This document shows, piece after piece, positions 17,770-27,297 of a stretch of 64,000 bases of DNA. Source of the DNA: an uncultured Acidobacteriota bacterium (GTDB taxonomy: Bacteria > Acidobacteriota > Blastocatellia > Pyrinomonadales > Pyrinomonadaceae); the NCBI GenBank assembly GCA_963705225.1, contig OY970060.1, positions 2,177,819 through 2,241,818 of the forward strand, read 5' to 3'. A program made the translations under genes and the position numbers. The notes under the pieces were generated by a model. That model worked only from the letters and a program-made list of their open reading frames with translations. It searched no databases and was not told the origin of the DNA. How positions within the stretch are numbered: position 1 is the stretch's first letter; every line of letters begins with the position of its first letter.

Positions 17770-18915
17770 CTAATCAGGCAGATTGTTTTGCAGCAGGGCG
17801 ACGATGTTTCCGCCCATGATACGGGCAACGTCTTCATCGCTGAAACCTTCATTTATCAGGGCTTCGGTAATCAAAGCCATCCCGCTGGAATCAAAAGGAG
17901 TCCTTACCGAACCGTCAAAATCCGAGCCCAGCGCGACGTGCTCGATACCCGCCGCATTGGCCGCGTAACGGATAGCTTTTGCGATCGCCGCGGCATCGCT
18001 GCCGCAGACCGCAGTATCCCAAAATCCGATGCCGATGACGCCCCCGGTCGCCGCGATGCGTTTTAGCTGATCGTCGGTGAGATTGCGGTTATTGTCGCAG
18101 GTGCCGCGCACCCCTGTATGAGAAACGACCACCGGACGGGTCGCCACCGCCAGCACGTCGTCAATGGTTTTCGCCGAGGCATGGGCGACATCGACCAGCA
18201 TCTTTTTAGCCTCCATCCGGCGCACCATTTCCCGGCCCTTTTCGGTCAACCCGTATTTCTCGATGCCGTGGGCCGAACCGCCGATATCATTATCGAAAAA
18301 ATGCGAGGGCGACATCATGCGAAATCCGGCGTCGTATAAAACATCCACGTTATTCACATCGCCGTCGAGCGCGTGCGCGCCTTCGATCCCGAGCCAGCCG
18401 CCGGAAATTTTTTCGCTTTTGCGCCGTTCGAGAAAATTTTGCAGATCGCGTTTGTTTTTGATGACAACCAATTTACCCTGCGACTTTTCGGCTTGAGCGT
18501 GCAAATTCTTCGCTTGCCAAAGAGCGCGCGCCGTCAGGCTGGAAAGATTTTCCAGCGGCTGCATCTGTGCCAGCGCCAGCCAGAAGATATCGTCGGTCTT
18601 ATCCGTATTGCTTTCGATATTAAGCCCGCGCGGAGATTTGGTAACCACGGTGAAAGCCTGCAGGGCAAGATTTCCTTCCGCCATCCGCGGAATATCGACG
18701 TGGCCACCGGAGTTTTTCACCGTCAGGTCACGATTCCACAACAAAGCGTCGGCGTGCATATCGGCCACAAAAAGTTTTTCGTGCAGCGCTTTAGCGCGGC
18801 CGGAAACCGTATAGGGAGGTTTAACGATCACCGGATTTAACCGGTCGGCGACCAGGTTGGCGGCGAAGCCAAAGAAAAACACCGCAAAAGCGATCAGCAA
18901 TGCGGCAGCGGTCAA
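17770..18915 (-). CDS. Membrane dipeptidase (M19 renal-dipeptidase family)
   Basis: VADMHADALLWNRD and HVALGSDFDG motifs; N-terminal TM. Confidence 0.8.
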   Translation of the reverse strand: MTAAALLIAFAVFFFGFAANLVADRLNPVIVKPPYTVSGRAKALHEKLFVADMHADALLWNRDLTVKNSGGHVDIPRMAEGNLALQAFTVVTKSPRGLNIESNTDKTDDIFWLALAQMQPLENLSSLTARALWQAKNLHAQAEKSQGKLVVIKNKRDLQNFLERRKSEKISGGWLGIEGAHALDGDVNNVDVLYDAGFRMMSPSHFFDNDIGGSAHGIEKYGLTEKGREMVRRMEAKKMLVDVAHASAKTIDDVLAVATRPVVVSHTGVRGTCDNNRNLTDDQLKRIAATGGVIGIGFWDTAVCGSDAAAIAKAIRYAANAAGIEHVALGSDFDGSVRTPFDSSGMALITEALINEGFSDEDVARIMGGNIVALLQNNLPD

Positions 18916-18946
18916 CAGTAATATTTTAAATGCTCTTTTGATACGG

Positions 18947-19510
18947 TTAATCGACCTGTATTTCGCTTATGGCCGGGTAAGATCCAGCCACCAATGGAAC
19001 GTTTTCAACCTTATTTTTTCCACGCCCTTTTTCCATTTCAAGATATTCGGCTAAAAGGAGCTTGTCATTTTTACCGAGCTCGACGATCTTCGCGCCGACC
19101 AGGTAACTGCCGGCCGATAGGTCCCGGCCGATCTGGCGGTAGCTGCAGCCGACGGCTTTAAGGCGCAAAGTGCCAGACGGCAGGCTGACCTCGAGATCGA
19201 GCACCGTCCCGTCACTGACCAGGTAATGTTCACCGAGGCGAATAAAAGGAACGACGAACGAGATGCCTTTTTCGCTGATATCGAAAGTCTCTCCCGATGT
19301 CGAGAGATTTTTCTTTCTTTCGGCATCGACCGCGGCAAGATGATTTTTCAGCAGGCTCGTGGTTCGGATCTTAGGCTGAATCGAGATCTGCACAGGCAGA
19401 CGCGAACTCTTCCGCGAAGGTTTAAGATAACCTCTCACAGATTCGTTAATGCGTCCGACCAGTGAACGAAAAACTTCTTCCATATTGAAAAGGGGATAAG
19501 TGTTATACAC
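18947..19510 (-). CDS. PilZ-domain (c-di-GMP binding) protein
   Basis: RKSSR (RxxxR) and DISEKG (DxSxxG) motifs in the PilZ arrangement. Confidence 0.55.
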   Translation of the reverse strand: MYNTYPLFNMEEVFRSLVGRINESVRGYLKPSRKSSRLPVQISIQPKIRTTSLLKNHLAAVDAERKKNLSTSGETFDISEKGISFVVPFIRLGEHYLVSDGTVLDLEVSLPSGTLRLKAVGCSYRQIGRDLSAGSYLVGAKIVELGKNDKLLLAEYLEMEKGRGKNKVENVPLVAGSYPAISEIQVD

Positions 19511-19529
19511 CTTTTCATCTCAAATAACA

Positions 19530-19640
19530 ATACTTTTTTTAATGGGAATGGTAATCGGTTGTTGGTAATGGGTTGGTAGTTGGTATTACACGCTACCAAC
19601 TACCCCTTTACCTGTTACTAACTACCCAATCGCTACCTCT
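19530..19640. repeat. Palindromic intergenic repeat, family 1 (second copy)
   Basis: GGTAATCGGTTGTTGGTAATGGGTTGGTAGTTGGTA ... TACCAACTACC; right arm overlaps the stop of the lipoprotein gene. Confidence 0.65.
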
Positions 19641-20526
19641 TCAGCGGCATGCCGCCGTTATCGCTGCTTTTGGTTTTCGGTTCGTTGTTGCCGCTGACGC
19701 TCATCAGGAACGAAAGCTTGCCGCTTTTACCGTACGCCGCCGGAACGGCGTTGACGAAATAGCTCTTTTTATCCGGGGAGATCACGATACTGAAGTTGTA
19801 ACCCGTTGAATATGAACCATTTATGTCAACAGGTAATAATCCCTGCCTGACAAGTACATCTCGTTCGGCATATTCGCCTTTGCCGTCCGAACTGATTATT
19901 GTCTGCGCCTTCATGATGCGTTCCAGCATGAAATTCACTTCCTGGTGATGTACCTCGATCCGCACGTTGAAAAAATAGGCCTTTCCCTGTTTTTTAGCCT
20001 TGGCTTCTTCACTTTCGGTGTCGGCGGCAAGAATTAACCAGCTCTCGCCTTCTTTTCTCAGTTTCATCTCGTCGCTGGTCGGGTTGCCGTTATCTTCATT
20101 GGGCAGCTTTAGAAATACGCTGGCTTTATTGCCGCTGATCTGCTCGCCGGTTATTACCAGATCGGTCGGAACCATCGGCGCCATGGCTTCGAAGTCCGGC
20201 GCAAGGTCCTTGGCTTCTTCCAGTGAAAGGTTTTCCACCCCCGCCTTCAAATTGGTCATCATCATTGCGTCGATGAACCGCTTTTCGCGAATGGCTTTAT
20301 AAAAATTCCGCACCGTTTCGCTGGGGCTGCCCGATTGGATATTGATCTTGCTGAGGATGACGACACCGCCCGCGGCATTTTCTTTGGGCGCGGCGGCGGG
20401 AACCGCCTGGGTGATCTCAGGCGCGGAGCCGCTTGTCTGATCGGCCGAAGCCGTGCTGCAGGCCGTGATGCTGGCCGCTAAAATTAACAGGAATAGGGAC
20501 TTTAAGGCGAAAAATTTGTTTTTCAT
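19633..20526 (-). CDS. Lipoprotein, function unknown
   Basis: Signal peptide with lipobox ITAC (Cys22). Confidence 0.6.
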   Translation of the reverse strand: MKNKFFALKSLFLLILAASITACSTASADQTSGSAPEITQAVPAAAPKENAAGGVVILSKINIQSGSPSETVRNFYKAIREKRFIDAMMMTNLKAGVENLSLEEAKDLAPDFEAMAPMVPTDLVITGEQISGNKASVFLKLPNEDNGNPTSDEMKLRKEGESWLILAADTESEEAKAKKQGKAYFFNVRIEVHHQEVNFMLERIMKAQTIISSDGKGEYAERDVLVRQGLLPVDINGSYSTGYNFSIVISPDKKSYFVNAVPAAYGKSGKLSFLMSVSGNNEPKTKSSDNGGMPLKR

Positions 20527-20670
20527 ATTATTAAATACCGGTATTGAATAAGATTTGCGCGGAATGCGTAGGACGAAGCTAAGGCAGCCTCGCTACCTGT
20601 AATTATAGCGCATCACCCGATAAGAGTGTCAAACAATCTTTAACGGTTGCCCGTATAAGGCAAAATTTCG

Positions 20671-22608
20671 CTATTTTCCGGGATTTTTGATCGTCACGGC
20701 CGAATCGCCTTCCGGTTGGATAGTGACTTTATCGGGCAATCTCATGGCTTCGTCCAGCCACTTGTTAAAATCGTTCCGGCTTAATTCTTCCGTTCCATTT
20801 TTCGGCAGCAGGATCGCATATTCTCCGGGGGGAAGTTTTATCTCGAACTTGCCCTCCAGATCTGAGCGGGTATTTTTGAAGAGCTCGGACGCCCGTCTTT
20901 TAGATGCGTCGGTCGGCACCAGCAGGATCCGCACGCCTGAGACGGGATGATTTTCATCGTCCAGCACTTTTCCCTTCAGCATTCCGGCATCGTCCGCCAG
21001 CACGATCTTTATATTGATCATGGAATCGCCGTCCTTTAATTCCAGCGGCGTGACCAGCAGGTCGGTCATTCCGGCCTGGGCGCTTTTTACATAGTAATCG
21101 TTGTCATTGGCGCTAAATTTCAGGTTGATCTTGCCGGACGCGACATTTTCCAGCTTAAAGTCGGCGGTTGTTTTCCTTCCGTTTTCGCCGCCGTCCCGGT
21201 CGGCATAACTAAACACCGTGGTCGATGCGGCAGAGGTATTATTTGCGCCGACCGCATCGATCGAAAACGTGGTCGGCAGGTTCTGGGAATTTGTCGTCGA
21301 AACCGTTCCTGAGATGAGAGCGCCGGAGCCTAATTCGACTATCACGTCCGTCACGTCTTTATCCTCGATCCTGACGTCCTGAAATTTTTTGGCGAATGTC
21401 GGCGCGGGAGGCGTTTTCGGCCGGCGGGCGATATTGCTGTTGGCGGCATAATCTTCACTGTCGCTAATTTCGTGCTTGCTGACTGGCTCGACCGTGATGG
21501 AATACTCGCCTTTCGGCATTTCCTTGAACTTCCAGCTGCCTTCGGCGTCGGTCACCGCCGTGTTCATCTCGCGCCCGATCTCGCTAAATAAGGAAAAAAC
21601 ATTCTCGTTACTTTTTTTCAGCGAGACTTTGGCGCCGGCGACCGGTTTTTTATCTTTCCCGGAGATCACTTTGCCCGATAAATTAAAAAGGCTGTTGTCA
21701 GGAATGATGATGTTGGTTTCACTGAGTTCCTGGCCCATCGCCACGCTCAGGATCTGAGCTTCTTTGACATCCGTTACATTCGGAAAGTAAAAAGTGAGAA
21801 ACGAGCTCGAACCCATTAGAAGTGACCCGAAACCCATCGGGCCAACGGCGTTTCGTTCGCCCCCGTCGGCATGTTGGGCGCTCTCGCTCACCCGGACGAC
21901 ATAGTCCCCCGGCGGTAAACCGGAAAAACGATACATTCCCCGGTCATCGGACTGCCCGCTGCCCGAAGAACCCGTGAACATGCTCATTATCGAAAAGATA
22001 TTCGAAAAAACCGGACTGTATTTGCCGTTCGCTTTTCTCATTATCTCGACCCGCGCGCCGATTGCCGGGTCTCCGTTTTCATAGCTTATTCTTCCGCTGA
22101 TCGCGCCGCCGCGTTTTGCCGGGATCTGCAAATTGACCTCATTGGCCCCGTCGATGACTATCTTTTCAAAGATCATGATCCCGTCGGTCAGCATATCTCT
22201 GTCGCCGCCCCGCTGATCCATCCGGGAAAGATCCAGAAAGGCGATGGGTGAGATCACCCCGGGCGCATTGACCATCGCGTAATACGTGCCGGCCCTGATA
22301 TTGCGCATGACAAATTCGCCGTTTCCGTCGGTCATGGCTGAATATTCCCCCGACCCCGTTATTCTATCCGCCGTAACCAGCATTAAAGTAGATCGTTTTA
22401 CCGGACGCCCGCTGTCTTCGTAATAGACCCTGCCCCTGACGATCGAGGAAATCTGCGTCTGCCCGATAACGACGTTCGCGGCATTATCATCTGAATTTAC
22501 ATTTGCTCGGCGGGGGCCGGAATTGGCGGCCGTGTTGGAATTTTGCCCAAAGGCCGAGGAAATAAGCAGTCCTGATACCGCGATTAAGAAGAATAACGTT
22601 TTGATCAT
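20671..22608 (-). CDS. Secreted protein with multiple carboxypeptidase-regulatory-like (CarboxypepD_reg/transthyretin-like) domains, paralog 1
   Basis: Signal peptide; repeated GRVYYEDSGRPV, GRISYENGDPA and GKVISG segments; 645 aa. Confidence 0.6.
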   Translation of the reverse strand: MIKTLFFLIAVSGLLISSAFGQNSNTAANSGPRRANVNSDDNAANVVIGQTQISSIVRGRVYYEDSGRPVKRSTLMLVTADRITGSGEYSAMTDGNGEFVMRNIRAGTYYAMVNAPGVISPIAFLDLSRMDQRGGDRDMLTDGIMIFEKIVIDGANEVNLQIPAKRGGAISGRISYENGDPAIGARVEIMRKANGKYSPVFSNIFSIMSMFTGSSGSGQSDDRGMYRFSGLPPGDYVVRVSESAQHADGGERNAVGPMGFGSLLMGSSSFLTFYFPNVTDVKEAQILSVAMGQELSETNIIIPDNSLFNLSGKVISGKDKKPVAGAKVSLKKSNENVFSLFSEIGREMNTAVTDAEGSWKFKEMPKGEYSITVEPVSKHEISDSEDYAANSNIARRPKTPPAPTFAKKFQDVRIEDKDVTDVIVELGSGALISGTVSTTNSQNLPTTFSIDAVGANNTSAASTTVFSYADRDGGENGRKTTADFKLENVASGKINLKFSANDNDYYVKSAQAGMTDLLVTPLELKDGDSMINIKIVLADDAGMLKGKVLDDENHPVSGVRILLVPTDASKRRASELFKNTRSDLEGKFEIKLPPGEYAILLPKNGTEELSRNDFNKWLDEAMRLPDKVTIQPEGDSAVTIKNPGK

Positions 22609-22670
22609 AAATACCTCAAAAAAGATCGCCTCCGCGCAGTATAACGCAAAGGCGAAACTTACTAACTATC
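22609..22670 (-). promoter_or_regulatory. Conserved 5' leader/promoter element shared with the paralog upstream (core TCGCCTTTGCGTTATACTGCGCGGAGGCGAT)
   Basis: Near-identical 32-nt block 25-55 nt upstream of both paralog ATGs; contains TATACT (-10-like) and a TCGCC/GGCGA stem. Confidence 0.45.
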
Positions 22671-22693
22671 TTTTCTGCCGTAAAAAAACATCT

Positions 22694-24592
22694 CTACTGG
22701 TTAGGCATCTCGAGCGTTATTTCCGACGCTACGTTGGCTTTGATGGCCATTGTCACCGGGTTTTTCAGCAGCCGCTTAAAAAAGTCTTCCTGAGACTCGG
22801 TCTTCGAGTCGAATTTTTCTTTTTCGGTCACGACGATAACCGAATAATCGCCCGGGGGCGCCTTGATCTCGAACGCGCCGGTTTCTTTAACGACCCCATG
22901 GCGGGACGAGGTGAAAGAATCCACCACGTTGTTTCCCGACGGCACCATGACCACAAAAGTCCTGCTGTTCTTGTTAAAATTATTGATCTTGCCTTTTAAT
23001 GTGCCAAAATCCGCCGCCAGCACGATCTGCGCGCCGGTGAGCTGCTGCCCCTCTTTTAATTCGATCTTCTGATCCGCGACGGTTGCGCCGTTCAGCCGGA
23101 TCTCTTTTATATATGCATCCCCGTCGCTCAGAATTATCCGGTGAGAGCCTTCGTTCAAACCTCGCAGGGTAAATTCCGACTTAAGTTCGGGGGTGTTTTT
23201 TACTTTCTCTTTTGTCTCTATGGAAGCCGTCGATGATGCGCCTCGCCTGGTTGCGTCTAGGGTGTAAAAAAACAGCGCCTTCGGCAAAGGTTTTCCGTTT
23301 TCCATCACGACCGTGCCCGAAATAACGGCTTCGACCGACACCTCAAGAACGAGATCCCTGATGTCCTTTTCTTCGAATGTGACTTCTTTGGAAACGGCGG
23401 CGTATTTAGCAGCTTCCCTGGTTCCCGCGCCCTGCTGTGCCTGTATCTCCCTGGCGTATTCGTGATCGTAAGGCGGTTTGACGGTGATAAGATATTTTCC
23501 CTGCGGCAGATCGACAAAATCCCACTTCCCTTCGGCGTCGGTGTTCTCACTATTAGGCTGCAGGTTGTATTCCCTGACCACCATGGCGCCTTCGTCGTCG
23601 ATCTTGTTAAAAGTGACCACAAAATCTTTCAGCGGGATTTTATCGCCTTTTGCCACCACGGTTCCCTTGAGGCTGAAAAACTTGCGGTCGGGGATCGTCA
23701 GATTTATTTCGCTTTGCTCGTCGCCGAGCGCTAATTCGACGGGTTTGGCGTCTTTTGCGCTGACGGCGTTGGGATAATATGTTTTCAATTCCGAATCCGG
23801 CGGTTCGGATGAGTAATAGTAGGTGCTGGATGGGCGGCTGGTGTGGATCGCCGTTTCCACGACCCGGACGATATAGTTTCCTTCCGGGAGGCCGGAAAAC
23901 CGGTAAACTCCCCGGTCGTCGGTAACTGCCGCGCCGACATTGATCGTTTCGCGGTCGTAATTCAGGTGGCTGTTTTTTTCATAGCCGTAATCGCCTTTTT
24001 TTAAGACCTCTACTTTCATCCCGACCGCCGGTTCGCCATCGAAATAGGTGATCCTGCCGCTGATCGCGCCCCCGCGTTTCGCCTGGATAAAAACATTTAC
24101 TTCCTCGAGCCCGGCGACTGTTATTTGATTCGCGGGCGCATTTTTCTCACCGGCGGCGTTTACGGAGCGCTGGACCAAAAGATTGAAGTTGTTCTCATTA
24201 AATACACCCGCCATCTTGATGTACGGCGCGTATGTTCCGGCCTTGACCCGGGTCATTTCGAATTCGCCGTTCGAATTGGTGAAGGCGTTTTTCGAACGGC
24301 TCTCGTAGCCGTTTTTTACCTGAACCAGGCTGATCTCGGCGCGGCGCACCGGCCGGCCGGTGTCCAAATATACGACCCGTCCGCGAACGGTGGCTCCCGG
24401 TGTCTTATCTTCGTTCTCGTCTTCGGCATTTCCCAAACGCATGACGGTGGCCACGCCGCTGCCGCCGGTGGTGACCAACGGCGCTTCTTCTCTTGTTTCC
24501 ACGACCTGCGCGAACGAAATCAGGGGCTTCGCTGAAAGCGCGCCAAACAATAAAAAGAACATTAAAGCCGAACGAAAATACCGGTAATTCAT
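22694..24592 (-). CDS. Secreted CarboxypepD_reg-domain protein, paralog 2 (tandem duplicate)
   Basis: Same architecture as 20671..22608 (GRVVYLDTGRPV, GRITYFDGEPA); trimmed to ATG MNYRYF, which gives a signal peptide. Confidence 0.6.
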   Translation of the reverse strand: MNYRYFRSALMFFLLFGALSAKPLISFAQVVETREEAPLVTTGGSGVATVMRLGNAEDENEDKTPGATVRGRVVYLDTGRPVRRAEISLVQVKNGYESRSKNAFTNSNGEFEMTRVKAGTYAPYIKMAGVFNENNFNLLVQRSVNAAGEKNAPANQITVAGLEEVNVFIQAKRGGAISGRITYFDGEPAVGMKVEVLKKGDYGYEKNSHLNYDRETINVGAAVTDDRGVYRFSGLPEGNYIVRVVETAIHTSRPSSTYYYSSEPPDSELKTYYPNAVSAKDAKPVELALGDEQSEINLTIPDRKFFSLKGTVVAKGDKIPLKDFVVTFNKIDDEGAMVVREYNLQPNSENTDAEGKWDFVDLPQGKYLITVKPPYDHEYAREIQAQQGAGTREAAKYAAVSKEVTFEEKDIRDLVLEVSVEAVISGTVVMENGKPLPKALFFYTLDATRRGASSTASIETKEKVKNTPELKSEFTLRGLNEGSHRIILSDGDAYIKEIRLNGATVADQKIELKEGQQLTGAQIVLAADFGTLKGKINNFNKNSRTFVVMVPSGNNVVDSFTSSRHGVVKETGAFEIKAPPGDYSVIVVTEKEKFDSKTESQEDFFKRLLKNPVTMAIKANVASEITLEMPNQ

Positions 24593-24660
24593 AAAACAAC
24601 TCTCCGAGGAATAAAAAATCGCCTCCGCGCAGTATAAACGCAAAGGCGATTTTTATCTAT
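24593..24660 (-). promoter_or_regulatory. Second copy of the conserved leader element (TCGCCTTTGCGTTTATACTGCGCGGAGGCGAT)
   Basis: See 22609..22670. Confidence 0.45.
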
Positions 24661-24678
24661 GGATTTAATCGTCGTTAT

Positions 24679-27027
24679 TTAATCGACGTTTTTCTTACCC
24701 GTCAGCAGCAGGTCGCGCCCGACGTAATAGAGGATCAGCGCCAGGATCCAGAACGGGATCATACCCAGCCAGTCGGCATTCGGCCCGGCAAAGAACGGAT
24801 TGCTTGTCGCCGCCCATTTACCGAAGCTGTCCTGTACCGCTTTAAGCCACGGCACGACCGCAAAGACGGCCACCAGAATTCCCGCTATCGCGCCGCCCGC
24901 GATATAGCCCGAAGCCAGCAGAACGCCGTTCGATTTATCCGTTTCGGCCACGATCTGCTCATCGGTCAGATTTTCCTTAGCCAGCTTTCTCCGCAGATAC
25001 ATATCGACGCCCCAACGCACCACGCCCCCGATAAAGATCGGCGAAGAGGTCGAGATCGGTAAATATAAGCCGACGGCGAACGCCAGCGAAGGCGCGCCCG
25101 CAAGTTCCAGCACGACGGCGATCATCGCCCCGATCAATACCAGCCCCCACGGAAGCTGCTGGTTCAGGATCCCCTTGATGATATAGCTCATCAGGGTCGC
25201 CTTCGGCGCATCGTAACGTTCAAGTTCCTTGCCCGTTTCGTCTTTTTTGATCACGCCGTTGATGCCGGGATCGACGAAATAGACGGCGTGTCCCTGGCTG
25301 TTGACCAGGTATTTACCCACCTGTCCGGATTTCGGATCGGTGTTTTGCCAGACACGGTAGGTGGTCTGATCTCCCGCTGCAAATTTGCCGCCGACCTTTT
25401 CGGATTTAAATGTACCGTGCTCGCGGAAAAGCTGATCTTCCTTCACGACATAAGCAGCTTCGGTAGTGGACGGATCGACCTGTTGATAATAGGTGCGCGA
25501 ATCGTTCAAAAAGATAAGCAGCGGCCCCAGGACCAGCGCCGAAGCCAGCGCGCCGATCAGGATCGCGATCTGCTGTTTTTTCGGAGTGGCGCCGACCAGA
25601 AAGCCCGTTTTCAGGTCCTGCGACGTGGTGCCCCCGTTAGAGGCGGCGATACAGACGATACCGCCGATCGACAACGCCGTCACAAAATAAGGATCGGGTT
25701 GAGTCCAGCCAAGCAGCAGGAAAACCAGGCAGGTAATAAGCAGCGTCGCCACCGTCATGCCCGAAATGGGATTCGATGACGAACCGACCTCGCCGGTCAG
25801 CCGCGACGATACCGTGACGAACAAAAATCCCAGAATGATAATCAATACCGCGCCCAGAAATGAAACTACCGGGTTGGTAAAAACACTCAGGCCCAATTGG
25901 GGAAACAGCATGATCGCGACGATCAGCCCCAGTACGCCGATCACGACCCATTTCATCGAAATGTCCTGATCGGTGCGCGGCAGGCTCGACCCGTCGGCGT
26001 TTGAACCGCCCCCGGTCAGGTCGGCCAGGCCGGATTTCAAACCATGCCAGATCGTCGGCAGCGAACGCGCCAGCGAGATCATGCCGCCCATCGCGACCGC
26101 GCCCGCGCCGATGTAAAGGATATATGCGCCGCGGATCTGTCCGGGCGACATTTCGGCGATCGTTTTCGAAAGCTCCGGCGCGAGGGGCCCGGTCAGCCCT
26201 TCGCCGAAATATTTGATCATCGGGATCATCACCAGGTAAGACAAAACACCGCCGCCGAACATGATCGCCGCGATGTAAGGCCCGATGATATAGCCGACGC
26301 CGAGCAGTGCGGGATTGTTCTCCAGCGCGATCGATCCGCCCTTGAGCACGTTGTCCGGCATATCTTTTTCCGGCTCGCCCTTCCAGAAACTAAAGACCTG
26401 CATCAGCGAGTTGTACAGGAATCCGATCACGAAACCGATGGAAATGATCTTGCCGCCCTGTAAGGCGCTGTCGTCTTCCCGTATGACCTCCACGGAGTGT
26501 TCGCGCGCGACCGCCCTCGACTCCGCCGAAGCGCCCGCCTTTAAAACCTCGGCGCAGGCCGTGCCTTCCGGGTATTTCAAGATGCCGTGCTGATCTTTGA
26601 TCAGCGCGCGGCGCAGCGGGATCATCATCAAAATTCCCAGGAGTCCGCCCATTACCGCCACCAGCATCACGCGCCAGAATTCCAGGTCGAAACCGAGAAT
26701 CATGATCGCCGGCATGGTGACGCCGACGCCGAAGGCGATCGACTCACCGGCGGAACCCGCTGTCTGAACGACGTTGTTTTCCAGGATCGTCGCATCGCGG
26801 GCGCCCAGTTTGGAAAATATCCGGAAAAGGGTAATCGAAATGACGGCGACCGGGATCGACGCCGAGACGGTCAGCCCCGTCTTCAGCACCAGGTACAGCG
26901 ACGATGCGCCGAATACGATGCCGAGAATTGCGCCCACGATCACAGGGATCGGGGTCAGTTCGCGCATATTAACCGAATCGGGAATATAAGGACGAAAATT
27001 GTCGAGAAAAGGATTCCGGCTTGCCAT
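24679..27027 (-). CDS. OPT-family oligopeptide transporter
   Basis: 782 aa polytopic; N-terminus FRPYIPDSVNMRELTPIPVIVGAILGIVFG typical of bacterial OPT. Confidence 0.75.
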   Translation of the reverse strand: MASRNPFLDNFRPYIPDSVNMRELTPIPVIVGAILGIVFGASSLYLVLKTGLTVSASIPVAVISITLFRIFSKLGARDATILENNVVQTAGSAGESIAFGVGVTMPAIMILGFDLEFWRVMLVAVMGGLLGILMMIPLRRALIKDQHGILKYPEGTACAEVLKAGASAESRAVAREHSVEVIREDDSALQGGKIISIGFVIGFLYNSLMQVFSFWKGEPEKDMPDNVLKGGSIALENNPALLGVGYIIGPYIAAIMFGGGVLSYLVMIPMIKYFGEGLTGPLAPELSKTIAEMSPGQIRGAYILYIGAGAVAMGGMISLARSLPTIWHGLKSGLADLTGGGSNADGSSLPRTDQDISMKWVVIGVLGLIVAIMLFPQLGLSVFTNPVVSFLGAVLIIILGFLFVTVSSRLTGEVGSSSNPISGMTVATLLITCLVFLLLGWTQPDPYFVTALSIGGIVCIAASNGGTTSQDLKTGFLVGATPKKQQIAILIGALASALVLGPLLIFLNDSRTYYQQVDPSTTEAAYVVKEDQLFREHGTFKSEKVGGKFAAGDQTTYRVWQNTDPKSGQVGKYLVNSQGHAVYFVDPGINGVIKKDETGKELERYDAPKATLMSYIIKGILNQQLPWGLVLIGAMIAVVLELAGAPSLAFAVGLYLPISTSSPIFIGGVVRWGVDMYLRRKLAKENLTDEQIVAETDKSNGVLLASGYIAGGAIAGILVAVFAVVPWLKAVQDSFGKWAATSNPFFAGPNADWLGMIPFWILALILYYVGRDLLLTGKKNVD

Positions 27028-27297
27028 TCAGAAAAACCTCCGAAAGATCTTTAAAGTGTATATACAGGAAGAGCTTTTTAACTTGAAACTTGTTTAATTT
27101 AACCCAGTTAGCCCAAACAAACAAGGAAAATCTGTAAAATCGTCTTCCCGGGCGGAAACGCGTCCAAATGAAATATCAAAACCCTTCCCTCTGAACGCTC
27201 CGATAAATTGGCTATTTTCAAATAACCTTGAAAGTTAGTATTTCCGCCTTTTGAAAAAATACCCTACAATCGTCAAAAATCGTTTCGAGGTAATTAA

